The translations under genes and the position numbers were made by a program. Shown piece after piece: positions 8,481 through 17,370 of a DNA stretch of 31,494 nucleotides (position 1 is its first letter; each line of letters begins with the position of its first letter). Location: the NCBI GenBank assembly GCA_029880025.1, contig JAOUPE010000001.1, forward strand, positions 1-31,494, given 5' to 3'. The notes under the pieces were generated by a model. The model searched no databases and had not been told where the DNA came from. It saw nothing but the letters and a program-made list of their open reading frames with translations. This DNA comes from a candidate division WOR-3 bacterium. Its GTDB lineage: Bacteria; Hydrothermota; Tepidihabitantia; Tepidihabitantales; JAOUPE01.

Positions 8481-10324
8481 GTTATCGTCGAATTAATCTC
8501 CTCACCCTTTTAATATTAGGTCTCGTTATCGTCTTGGTCAGTATTGCGGCTTATTATTTTACGCTTCAAATCGTCCGGGGCGAAATGCGTCTGAAAAATG
8601 TGAAATTGGCAATTCCAACCACCGCACCAGCAAAAAAATCAAGACCAATTACTGCCCGGGTTGTCCTTTTGATTTCGGATTATAGGCAAAAACGATCGGG
8701 AACAAGTAATACTGATAACTTCATTAAAGGTTGGCAAAATTTTTTCGCAAAAGAAAATATATCTTATGATACAATTCGCGACCAAGACCTTGAGCTGAAT
8801 AAAATAAAATACGATATTTTAATTCTTCCCTATAATCCATCCCTTCCCGAACTGGAAATAAATCGAATTAGCGAATTTTTAAATAATGGGGGAGGTATAA
8901 TTGCGTGTGGTGAATGCGGATTTATGGATGAAAAAGGTGAAATCAGGCAGCCAACTTTTCTGAATCGAGTGCTTGGTATCACCAAAATTAACGAAATCGA
9001 CCAATCAATAAAATCCTATGTTCCATTAACCTTAAAGACCAATTCACCATTAACGGTTGATATTGCTTTGGGAGCACAATTAGGTTTGACCACCGAGTAT
9101 GGCTGTGTAAAAGCAAGGATTATCGAAGAAAGAACGGTTCAGGACGGCTACTTCTACGACTCCGAAGTTGACAAAGGAATCGCTCTGGAAGAAATTAAGA
9201 ATAGTACTGGTTTATGCCATGGTTCTTATGGTAAGGGTAGATTTGTCTGGTTAGGTTTTAATGTCTTTTCATTTACCGGCGATGATTTCACCCAGAAGAA
9301 CTATGTAAAATTTTTGCGAAATGTTTTGCTCTGGACCGCAAGCAAACCGCTTGCCAGAATAAAGACCTGGCCCAAGGATTATCACATGGCAGTAGTAATC
9401 TCTGGTGATATTGAACATAAATTCACCAATGTAGAAAATGTGATAGATATTTTACAAGAATATCGAATAAAGGGTTCCTTTTTTATCCTCTCCGATTTAG
9501 CTGAGGTCAATGTCGATATGGTTAGAGCGATGGCAAAAAATGGCGAAATCGGGATTCATGGCGATGAACACACTGTTTTCAAAGGTCAACACTATGATTT
9601 ACAACTGGAACGGTTACAACAAGCAAAGCAAGTCTTGGAAGGAATTTCCGGACAGAAGATAATCGGGTTTCGACCACCTTATGGCAATTATGATGAGAAT
9701 ACGGTGCGTGCTTTAAATGAACTCGGAATAAATTATTTAACTTCAAGCATAACCGGTGGGACCAATATCGACCCGTATTTTATTCCTTATTTTGAAGATT
9801 TTGTTGTCATCCCCAAGACCAACAAAGATGATTACGACCTGTTTTATCGGGATTCGATTACCGATCCCGAGGCAGTGTTAAATGAACTTAAGGACGAGTT
9901 TGACGGATTATACGATTTGGGCGGTTTCTTTTCTCTCAGTTATCATACTCAGATTTTAGCACTTGATACCAACTGTGGGGTCATTTCTGACCTGATTGGC
10001 TATATCAAGCCAAAAAATGTTTGGATTGCGACCTGGCAAGAGATTACCGATTGGTGGCGAAAAAAGCGAAACCTTGAACTTACAGTCCAGGAAAAAGGGA
10101 GTAAACAGTTTATAGTTACGGTAACCAATTCTGGTAAAGATGCGGTTGAAGATTTTAATATCCAAATCTTTCCGCAGATTATTTTTCCGCTAACCCAGAT
10201 TAAATCTGATTTAAAGGAAACCTTAAAAAGGGATTTTGACCCTCAAACCGGTAGCTTTAGTATCCCAATTAAAAAACTCGAACCAAAAGCCAAGCGTCGA
10301 ATTACCATCACCCTGGGTTCTTGA
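8477..10324 (+). CDS. Membrane-anchored multi-domain polysaccharide deacetylase (CE4/NodB)
   Basis: N-terminal TM; flavodoxin-like/GATase-like middle domain (YDILILPY...GGGIIACG); CE4 motifs GDIEH, HGDEH, FRPPYG, SYHT; beta-rich Ig-like C-terminus. Start 8477 chosen from the ATGA overlap (track gives 8471). Confidence 0.8.
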   Translation: MSYRRINLLTLLILGLVIVLVSIAAYYFTLQIVRGEMRLKNVKLAIPTTAPAKKSRPITARVVLLISDYRQKRSGTSNTDNFIKGWQNFFAKENISYDTIRDQDLELNKIKYDILILPYNPSLPELEINRISEFLNNGGGIIACGECGFMDEKGEIRQPTFLNRVLGITKINEIDQSIKSYVPLTLKTNSPLTVDIALGAQLGLTTEYGCVKARIIEERTVQDGYFYDSEVDKGIALEEIKNSTGLCHGSYGKGRFVWLGFNVFSFTGDDFTQKNYVKFLRNVLLWTASKPLARIKTWPKDYHMAVVISGDIEHKFTNVENVIDILQEYRIKGSFFILSDLAEVNVDMVRAMAKNGEIGIHGDEHTVFKGQHYDLQLERLQQAKQVLEGISGQKIIGFRPPYGNYDENTVRALNELGINYLTSSITGGTNIDPYFIPYFEDFVVIPKTNKDDYDLFYRDSITDPEAVLNELKDEFDGLYDLGGFFSLSYHTQILALDTNCGVISDLIGYIKPKNVWIATWQEITDWWRKKRNLELTVQEKGSKQFIVTVTNSGKDAVEDFNIQIFPQIIFPLTQIKSDLKETLKRDFDPQTGSFSIPIKKLEPKAKRRITITLGS

Positions 10325-10333
10325 AATAAGAGC

Positions 10334-11407
10334 TCACCGATTCAAATCCTCGCAAGTTAATTTATTGAGTCGCTTCAATACTCTTAAAGCGAATAAAGTA
10401 ATCCATTTGCTTGGTCTGCCCACTGGTTCAATATTGGTTTGCATTCTTCCGGTTGGCGAATTCTCAAGAATCCAGGTTCTATCCTTTTGCCGTTTCTTTA
10501 GTAAAATGTCTAAGGCATCGTTTAATCTCTCATCATTAGTATAACCCAATTTGGTCAAAACATTCAATCCTCTTAAAATATCATAGCTGTAAAATCTCGG
10601 CAAACAAAATTTCAGCCAGGATTGTTTGATTGTCTTATAATTGTGGTGGTCAGCTTTAAACAAACGATGCATCAGTAAAAATTCAGCACCGCGGCTGATT
10701 GTATTTTTCATTTCTTCGGTCAAATTTTCTTTTGGTACTTCACTAAAAGCCTCTATTGGACAGATTGTTCCAAAAAAGCAACCATGGGTATCCTTAATAT
10801 GGGCTTTCCAATAAGGGCAAAGCCAACCACCGTCTTGATTCTGAATCTTCACGAGCCAATTCAAAGCTTTTTTGACCCTTGGGTCATTTTCGTAACCCAA
10901 ACGAATTAACGCCGCTGCCATATTGCCGGTTAAGCAGGACAGTTGTTGCTCCCTAATAAGGGATGAAGCCCATTCTTTGAATGGTGGCATTTTCTTTCCT
11001 CTCTTTAAATGCCAATCGTATCGGCGCTTTGCCGTCTTTTCGGTTTCTGACAAAAACCCGCCTTCTTCGTGTTGAAATCGAAAGATGTATTCACAAGCCT
11101 TTTTAACCCTCTGGTCGGTTTGGTCAATTCCCATCTGTGCCAGAATCATGATTGTCCAATAAGAAGACTTGTATTTCGGCAGATAAGGACTAGCTGTTTC
11201 TTCCCAATATCCTTCGGGCTTTTGTTCGGAAAATATTTTGGTTATTACCTTTGAATTGGGAATCGCCGATTTGGCTACATTCAGCTCTAAATCATCTTCT
11301 TTTTTATCCAGTAAGTCTCTTAATGTAAAATATCTAATCGTTTGATTCTCTTCTTCTAAAAGCCATGTAACAATATTCTTTTTAGATAAATTCTTGGACT
11401 GTATCAT
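10334..11407 (-). CDS. Prenyltransferase/squalene-cyclase QW-repeat (alpha/alpha toroid) protein of unknown function
   Basis: Repeated QxxxGxW-type motifs: QKPEGYW, QHEEGGF, QNQDGGW, RQKDRTW. No DxDD motif seen. Confidence 0.65.
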   Translation of the reverse strand: MIQSKNLSKKNIVTWLLEEENQTIRYFTLRDLLDKKEDDLELNVAKSAIPNSKVITKIFSEQKPEGYWEETASPYLPKYKSSYWTIMILAQMGIDQTDQRVKKACEYIFRFQHEEGGFLSETEKTAKRRYDWHLKRGKKMPPFKEWASSLIREQQLSCLTGNMAAALIRLGYENDPRVKKALNWLVKIQNQDGGWLCPYWKAHIKDTHGCFFGTICPIEAFSEVPKENLTEEMKNTISRGAEFLLMHRLFKADHHNYKTIKQSWLKFCLPRFYSYDILRGLNVLTKLGYTNDERLNDALDILLKKRQKDRTWILENSPTGRMQTNIEPVGRPSKWITLFALRVLKRLNKLTCEDLNR

Positions 11408-11421
11408 TTATTAAACCAGTG

Positions 11422-11449
11422 ATTCTAATTATTATTCTGGTAGGGTCAA
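11422..11449 (-). promoter_or_regulatory. Putative sigma70 promoter, short leader
   Basis: TTGACC-16 nt-TAGAAT, 14 nt before the ATG at 11407; no SD. Confidence 0.45.
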
Positions 11450-11612
11450 GAAATACTCAAAATAAAATTGGGCGGGGGAACGAAGAGGGTTTTTTGAAGA
11501 AGGCTATGAGTAGGCAAACTTCGAGGCTGCCTGGCAAGCTGCCCCCTAAGCCGTATAGGAGATAGCCTGGGGATAGGGGTAGCCCGTATATATTGATTCT
11601 CGACGTCTCTTA

Positions 11613-11628
11613 CTACTATATATTGTGG
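11613..11628. promoter_or_regulatory. NrdR-box-like palindrome
   Basis: CTACTATATATTGTGG; core CTATATATTG fits the NrdR consensus core CwAtATaTwG. Confidence 0.45.
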
Positions 11629-11674
11629 TGAGGAGAAACTCTTCGATTTGAATAAATTCGATTTTCTATTGGAA

Positions 11675-11687
11675 AATCAATGAGTTA
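11675..11687 (+). promoter_or_regulatory. IHF-consensus site
   Basis: AATCAATGAGTTA = WATCAANNNNTTR. Confidence 0.4.
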
Positions 11688-11707
11688 TAAATTATTTGGT
11701 TTTAGGC

Positions 11708-14700
11708 TTATGTTCGTTTGGCTGGCGATTTAGCCAATAATCTTATTGAATCCGGGCCTAATAATTCTTTCAGTCCATTGATAAGTGCTGAAGAAATATT
11801 TACCTTGTGATTCTTGAGTCGAACCAGCTTGCGTCTGGAATCATCTTCGCCGAGTTCAAGATATACTTCACTTTCCCCTGGATAATTTTCTAATTCTTCC
11901 TTTATTCTTTCGAGTAAGCTTTCTTCTAAGCTGGTTGCAGGAATCTTAATCTTCAGATCTTTTTTAGACTCACATTGGATTTGATTGAACGGTTGCACTC
12001 TATCGGCAAAGATTTGGTGTGTGCCATCGGCTCGAGTGCGAACCGTTCCTTTGACCATAACGCATTCGTGAACCCTAAGTAATTGTCGAGTTTGTTGAAA
12101 GAGTTGATTAAAGACCATCACTTCAACACTGCCGTTAAAGTCTTCAATCTGGATAACCGAATACTCATTGCCTTTCTTGTCGCGGCGGAGTTTTTTTGCC
12201 GTAATCACACCACCAATATTGACCGGTTCGTAATCTTCAAGGTTATTCAGACTGGACGAATCATGAGTGGCTAAGCGTTCATACTCAGACCGATAATTCT
12301 CTAACGGATGAAGCGAGAAATGAAAACCGTACGCATCCAATTCATAAGCCAGGAGTTCATTTTGGGTGAACGGACCAGTATCAGCTTCAGGTCGGTCGGA
12401 TTCTGATTCCTTACTCGACGCATCTTTCACCATGCCAAATAGTGAGGTCTGACGTGCCGCAAACTCAAGTCGTTCCGAGCCTGCCATTGCCAATTCATTA
12501 TCGAGACGGGATAAAAGGAATTTGCGGTCAGGATTGATCGAGTCACAAGCACCCGCTTTGATTAATGATTCATAAGCCTTGCGATTGGTGAAGGAGCGGG
12601 TGCGACGCAGGAATTCAAAGAGCGTTTTATATTCTCCCTGTTTTTGCTGTTCCTCGACAATCTTTTCGCAAACCGCTTGACCAAGATTCTTGATTCCACC
12701 CAAGCCAAATCTTATCTTGTTTTCTTCGATTGTGAATTGGTGTTGGCTCTTGTTGATATCAGGTGCCAAAATAGCAATTCCCATCCGTTTCGCTTCTTTA
12801 ACAAATTTATTGATTTTATCCTGGTCACCAATCTCACAACTTAAAGCGGCAGTAAGGAATTGTAACGGGTGATTAGCTTTCAGATAAGCGGTGAGATAGG
12901 ATAAATAAGCATAGCCAGCCGAATGGGATTTGTTAAAACCATAACCGGCAAAAGGTGCAATCAAATCGAAAATCTTTTGTGCCAATTCCGGTTTAATGCG
13001 ATTCTTTTTGGTGCCTTCGATAAACGATTCGCGCATCGCCTCCATCGCCTCCGGGACTTTTTTGGCCATTGCCCGGCGTAATCTATCCGCATCGGAAAGC
13101 GAGAATCCGGCAATGATACCGGCAATCCGCATCACCTGTTCTTGATAAACGATGATGCCATAGGTCTCTTCCAGGGCTTCGCGCAGCGAAGGATGGAGAT
13201 AACTGACCGGTGCTTCACCCCGTTTGCGTTTGATAAACTCGCCGATCCCGACATTGCCTAAAGGTCCGGGTCGGTAAAGTGATATGACCGCAATGATGTC
13301 TTCAATTTTATCCGGAACCGATTGGCGAAGGATATCGCGCATGCCTTGACTCTCCAACTGGAATACTCCAACGGTCTCAGCCTTTTGAAGTAGTTGGTAA
13401 GTCTTTTTATCATCCAAGAGGATTGTTTTCCGATCGATATGAACCCCTTGTCGATGCAGAAGTTCAAAGGTTTCTTCAATCACGGTTAGGGTACGAAGTC
13501 CTAAAATATCCATTTTCAACAAACCAACCGCATCCAGGCTCGTCATATCATATTGGGTGCAGATATCTTCATCCGCTGAACGGTAGAGCGGGACGAATTC
13601 CATTAACGGTCTGGGTGCGATCACTACGCCCGAAGCATGGATTGAGGCATGCCGGGCTAGACCTTCCACCTTCTGGGCAATCTCACATAGTTCTTGATAT
13701 TCAGGTTTAGTATTAAGCAAGGTTTTGAGCTCGGATGAATTGGCGAGCGCGGCGGCAAGCGGTGTGCCAAAGGGAATCAATTTGGCAATACGGTCAACTA
13801 CCGGCAAAGGAATATCGGTTGCCCGACCCACATCGCGGATTGCGGCTCGTGCCTGCATCGTACCAAAGGTGATAATCTGGGCAACATTCTCCTGACCATA
13901 ACGCTCGCGGATATAATTTATCACCTCGTCCCGCCGATTGTCAGCAAAATCGACATCGACATCCGGCAAACTGATACGCTCTGGGGTCAGAAACCGTTCA
14001 AACAAAAGCCCATATTGTAAGGGGTCAATATCGGTGATTCCTAAGCTATAGAGTACAAGACTGCCAACCGCCGAACCCCTGCCTGGTCCAACCGCAATTT
14101 TCTTACTTCGGGCAAAATCGATGATATCCTTGACCACCAAAAAGTAACCAGCAAATCCCATCTTGTGAATAACCGACAGTTCGTATTGCAGTCTTTCCTC
14201 TAGTGCGGGGGTGACTCGATGATACCTATGCTTCAAACCGTTCTCGGCTAAATGTTTGAGATATTCAAAATCGGAAATGAAGCCGTCGGGTCTGGGATAA
14301 GCCGGCAAATAGAACTTCTTGCCAATATCATCGAGTAAGAGATTGCACTTATCCGATATCGCACGGGTATTGGTTATCGCCTCGGGCAGCTCAGCAAATA
14401 ATTGCGCCATTTCTTCCGGTGACTTGAAATAGACCTCCTGGCTTTCGAATCGCAATCGAACCTTATCCGAGAGTTTTTTACCGGTCTGAATACATAACAG
14501 GACATCGTGTGCCAGCGAATCCTCTTTTTTCAGATAATGACAATCGTTGGTCGCAACCAACCGAACGTCTAATTCCTGGCTGAGCCGAACCAGACCTTTG
14601 ATTGATTGGTCATTTTCCTTTAGTCCGAGCTGAGTCAATTCCAAATAGAAGTTTTCCTTGCCAAAGATTGTCTGATAGGTACCTGCAACTTCGCGCGCTT

Positions 14701-15172
14701 TTTCATAGCTGCCCGATAATAGAAAATAGTTAATTTCACCTTTCAGACAGCCGGATAGGGCGATTAGTCCATTATGTTGTTGGTTCAGCAAATCTTTATC
14801 CACTCGGGGTCGATAATAGAAGCCTTCGAGATAACCGAGCGAGACCAGTTTGATTAGATTCGCATAACCCTCGAGGTCTTTACTGAGCAGAGTAAGATGG
14901 AACGAGGATTCGGGTATTTGCGGATGAATCTTCTTTTCCCGCCGGTCAGTTGGGGCAACATAGACTTCAGCGCCGATGATTGGTTTCACCCCCACATCTT
15001 GTGCGGTCCGATAAAATTCGATTGCGCCAAATAGATTGCCGTGGTCGGTGATTGCTAACGCCGGCATGCGGAATGCCTCGGCTTGTCTCACTAAATCCTT
15101 AATCCGGGCTGACCCGTCCAGTAGACTGTATTCGGTATGGTTGTGCAGATGGATAAAATTTGATTCGCGCAC
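11708..15172 (-). CDS. dnaE: DNA polymerase III alpha subunit
   Basis: PHP domain HLHNHTEYSLLDG, ITDHG, NDCHY; GRGSAVGSL; catalytic PDVDVD and KMDILG; YGFNKSH; OB fold. GTG start. Confidence 0.97.
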   Translation of the reverse strand: MRESNFIHLHNHTEYSLLDGSARIKDLVRQAEAFRMPALAITDHGNLFGAIEFYRTAQDVGVKPIIGAEVYVAPTDRREKKIHPQIPESSFHLTLLSKDLEGYANLIKLVSLGYLEGFYYRPRVDKDLLNQQHNGLIALSGCLKGEINYFLLSGSYEKAREVAGTYQTIFGKENFYLELTQLGLKENDQSIKGLVRLSQELDVRLVATNDCHYLKKEDSLAHDVLLCIQTGKKLSDKVRLRFESQEVYFKSPEEMAQLFAELPEAITNTRAISDKCNLLLDDIGKKFYLPAYPRPDGFISDFEYLKHLAENGLKHRYHRVTPALEERLQYELSVIHKMGFAGYFLVVKDIIDFARSKKIAVGPGRGSAVGSLVLYSLGITDIDPLQYGLLFERFLTPERISLPDVDVDFADNRRDEVINYIRERYGQENVAQIITFGTMQARAAIRDVGRATDIPLPVVDRIAKLIPFGTPLAAALANSSELKTLLNTKPEYQELCEIAQKVEGLARHASIHASGVVIAPRPLMEFVPLYRSADEDICTQYDMTSLDAVGLLKMDILGLRTLTVIEETFELLHRQGVHIDRKTILLDDKKTYQLLQKAETVGVFQLESQGMRDILRQSVPDKIEDIIAVISLYRPGPLGNVGIGEFIKRKRGEAPVSYLHPSLREALEETYGIIVYQEQVMRIAGIIAGFSLSDADRLRRAMAKKVPEAMEAMRESFIEGTKKNRIKPELAQKIFDLIAPFAGYGFNKSHSAGYAYLSYLTAYLKANHPLQFLTAALSCEIGDQDKINKFVKEAKRMGIAILAPDINKSQHQFTIEENKIRFGLGGIKNLGQAVCEKIVEEQQKQGEYKTLFEFLRRTRSFTNRKAYESLIKAGACDSINPDRKFLLSRLDNELAMAGSERLEFAARQTSLFGMVKDASSKESESDRPEADTGPFTQNELLAYELDAYGFHFSLHPLENYRSEYERLATHDSSSLNNLEDYEPVNIGGVITAKKLRRDKKGNEYSVIQIEDFNGSVEVMVFNQLFQQTRQLLRVHECVMVKGTVRTRADGTHQIFADRVQPFNQIQCESKKDLKIKIPATSLEESLLERIKEELENYPGESEVYLELGEDDSRRKLVRLKNHKVNISSALINGLKELLGPDSIRLLAKSPAKRT

Positions 15173-15178
15173 TAACTG

Positions 15179-15207
15179 ATTAAATTAAATTCGGCTCGGT
15201 TTGTCAA
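15179..15207 (-). promoter_or_regulatory. Putative sigma70 promoter of dnaE (leaderless)
   Basis: TTGACA-17 nt-TTTAAT, 6 nt before the GTG. Confidence 0.6.
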
Positions 15208-15235
15208 GCAAAGAATTAAAAATTCGGTAATCCGC

Positions 15236-15264
15236 TTGACAACGATTTAGGATTTTATTAAGCT
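15236..15264 (+). promoter_or_regulatory. Putative sigma70 promoter of the ferritin/IscSU cluster
   Basis: TTGACA-17 nt-TAAGCT, divergent from the dnaE promoter. Confidence 0.55.
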
Positions 15265-15294
15265 TTTTAGAAAAGATTTTATAGATTGGGGTAT

Positions 15295-15780
15295 ATGATG
15301 TTTAAATCATTGAAAGAAGTGATTGCTTTTGCCATCGGTCGAGAGGCACAAGCCGCTAATTTTTACCAGGTCTTTGCGGCACGCTCAGAAAAACCGGCAA
15401 CCAAGTCGATGTTTGCCGAACTGGCAGCAGAGGAAAAGAAACACCAAGAATTACTCGAAAAGCTCACTCCAGAACAATTAAAAAACTTTCAACCAACCAA
15501 GCTTGAAGATTTGGGTCTCGATTCGATTCTTAAGGATACCCAATTCAGCCCAGATATGGAATATCCAGGAGCATTACGAATGGCGCTCAAACGGGAAACA
15601 GAATCAATTCGTCTTTATTCATTCTTTGCCGAGCAGTTGATGAAGGATAAGACCGAATGCCAAACATCGGTTGAGCGAAAGCAACTTAAGCAACTATTCG
15701 ATTTCTTAGTGGCACAGGAACAGCAACATAAGAATAAGCTTGAGAACGAATACGATGCGGTGGTGCTGAAGGATTATTAG
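15295..15780 (+). CDS. Ferritin-like (rubrerythrin-family) diiron protein 1
   Basis: E...EEKKH...E...EQQH pattern. Start ATG 15295 or 15298 (track uses TTG 15286). Confidence 0.85.
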   Translation: MMFKSLKEVIAFAIGREAQAANFYQVFAARSEKPATKSMFAELAAEEKKHQELLEKLTPEQLKNFQPTKLEDLGLDSILKDTQFSPDMEYPGALRMALKRETESIRLYSFFAEQLMKDKTECQTSVERKQLKQLFDFLVAQEQQHKNKLENEYDAVVLKDY

Positions 15781-15805
15781 CTACGTCTCATTTATTTAAG
15801 GAGGG

Positions 15806-16327
15806 ATGATGCAAAAGAGTTTTTCACCGGAAGATGTGATTAAACTCGCGCTACAGATTGAGCAGAGCGGCAAGACAGTCTACCAAACCGCGGCCGAGCA
15901 AGCCCAAACTCCAGAACTTACTGAGCTATTTCAATTTTTAGCCAGAGAAGAGAATGACCACATCAATAGTTTTCAAAAGATTTACGATGATTATAAACTC
16001 AGTGCCAAGACCCCTGGTGTTTCTAAACCCGAAGATATGTCTTATCTCGAAACTCTGGCGCAAAGTCAACTTTTTCAAGGAGCGGATAAAGCAATCAATG
16101 CGGTCAAGCAATTTAACGATCTGCTCCAATTGATAAATTTCGCTTTAGGTTTTGAACGCGATGCGATGCTCTTCTTTGTCAAATTATACCGGATGGTCGG
16201 TGAGAAGTATCGTAACTTAATTTCCAAACTAATCAAGGAAGAAGAGGCACATATCGTGAAATTGACCGAAATTCAATACAAGTTAATAAACCCGAAACCA
16301 GACAAAGAGATTTCAGGAAAGGAGTAA
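15806..16327 (+). CDS. Ferritin-like (rubrerythrin-family) diiron protein 2
   Basis: IEQSG...EENDH...FERDA...EEEAH. Confidence 0.85.
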   Translation: MMQKSFSPEDVIKLALQIEQSGKTVYQTAAEQAQTPELTELFQFLAREENDHINSFQKIYDDYKLSAKTPGVSKPEDMSYLETLAQSQLFQGADKAINAVKQFNDLLQLINFALGFERDAMLFFVKLYRMVGEKYRNLISKLIKEEEAHIVKLTEIQYKLINPKPDKEISGKE

Positions 16328-16329
16328 AT

Positions 16330-16821
16330 GTGGCAGTTTTCTATTCAGCCGTGGAAGTGATTGAAATGGCAATCAAAACCGAAGAAGCCGGTAAGACATT
16401 CTATGGCGGTGTGGCTAAGAATACGGATAACGCAAAATTAAAGGAGCTTTTTGCGTTTCTGGCTGGTGAGGAAGAGAAGCATAAGCAAGTTTTTTCTGAC
16501 CTTTATCAGACGATAAAAGAAAGTCCAGCCTCAGTCCCTTATGATTGGGCGGAGATGAGTCTTTATCTGAAAGCGATTACCGATTCGAAATTCTTCTTAG
16601 GAAAGGATAAGGCAATAAATTTAGTTAAAGAAGCCAAAACACCCGAACAAGCCTTAGATTTTGCTTTAGGTTTTGAACGCGATACCATGCTATTTTATAC
16701 CGAGATTATGACAATCGTTTCCGAAAAGAATCGAGACCTGATTGCGAAAATTGTGGCGCAGGAGAAGAGTCATATCCGTCAACTTCAGGCTTTAAAAGAA
16801 GGTCTGACCAAATCTGGTTAA
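16330..16821 (+). CDS. Ferritin-like (rubrerythrin-family) diiron protein 3
   Basis: TEEAG...EEEKH...FERDT...QEKSH; GTG start with AAGGAG RBS. Confidence 0.85.
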   Translation: MAVFYSAVEVIEMAIKTEEAGKTFYGGVAKNTDNAKLKELFAFLAGEEEKHKQVFSDLYQTIKESPASVPYDWAEMSLYLKAITDSKFFLGKDKAINLVKEAKTPEQALDFALGFERDTMLFYTEIMTIVSEKNRDLIAKIVAQEKSHIRQLQALKEGLTKSG

Positions 16822-16822
16822 A

Positions 16823-17335
16823 ATGGACAACTCAGTCATCAAAGCCTTAGCCACCGCTTTAGAAGCCGAAAAGACCGGTTTAATAAACTATCTTAATTTT
16901 GCTTACCAGATAAAAGATGAAACCGGCAAGAATATGTTCTTGCGCCTGGCAATGGATGAGTTTGACCATATGCGACTTTTGGAACAACAGGAATACAGTA
17001 TCCAGAAAGAAAAATGCTTTTTAGCGGTAACGATTGAACCATCGGCGATTGAAAAATTGGTGCCAAAACTTCAGGATAAAGATTTAAGAATCCGGGGTAA
17101 ACAAGGCATAGACCAACTCAGCGCCTTAAAAACCGCTTTAGAGTTGGAAGACCAGGCAATCAAATTCTATCGCGCACAGGCCCAGACCAGTACTGATTTG
17201 AATGCCAAAGCGATGTTTGAGCGGCTGGTCGATATGGAACAGGCACATTATGAATTATTGCAAGCCGAAATCGATGCGATCGAAAAGACCGGTTTCTGGT
17301 TCAATCTGCGGGAGTTCTCTTTAGAAATAGAATAA
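16823..17335 (+). CDS. Ferritin-like (rubrerythrin-family) diiron protein 4
   Basis: AEKTG...DEFDH...LEDQA...MEQAH. Confidence 0.85.
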   Translation: MDNSVIKALATALEAEKTGLINYLNFAYQIKDETGKNMFLRLAMDEFDHMRLLEQQEYSIQKEKCFLAVTIEPSAIEKLVPKLQDKDLRIRGKQGIDQLSALKTALELEDQAIKFYRAQAQTSTDLNAKAMFERLVDMEQAHYELLQAEIDAIEKTGFWFNLREFSLEIE

Positions 17336-17370
17336 ATAATGATTTAGTTATAGGTAAGGAGGCAAAGATT

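Noticed and set aside
11593-11624. Antisense promoter into the dnaE 3' end overlapping the NrdR-like box
   Set aside because: TTGATT pairs with TAnnnT hexamers only at 15- or 20-nt spacing.
11460-11707. Replication origin (IHF site, AT-rich tract, next to dnaE)
   Set aside because: No TTATCCACA-type DnaA boxes were seen in this intergenic region or at 31.0-31.5 kb.
11708-15172. Intein in dnaE
   Set aside because: The length (1154 aa) is normal, the polymerase motifs are contiguous, and no intein-like insertion or HN-C/S/T junction is seen.
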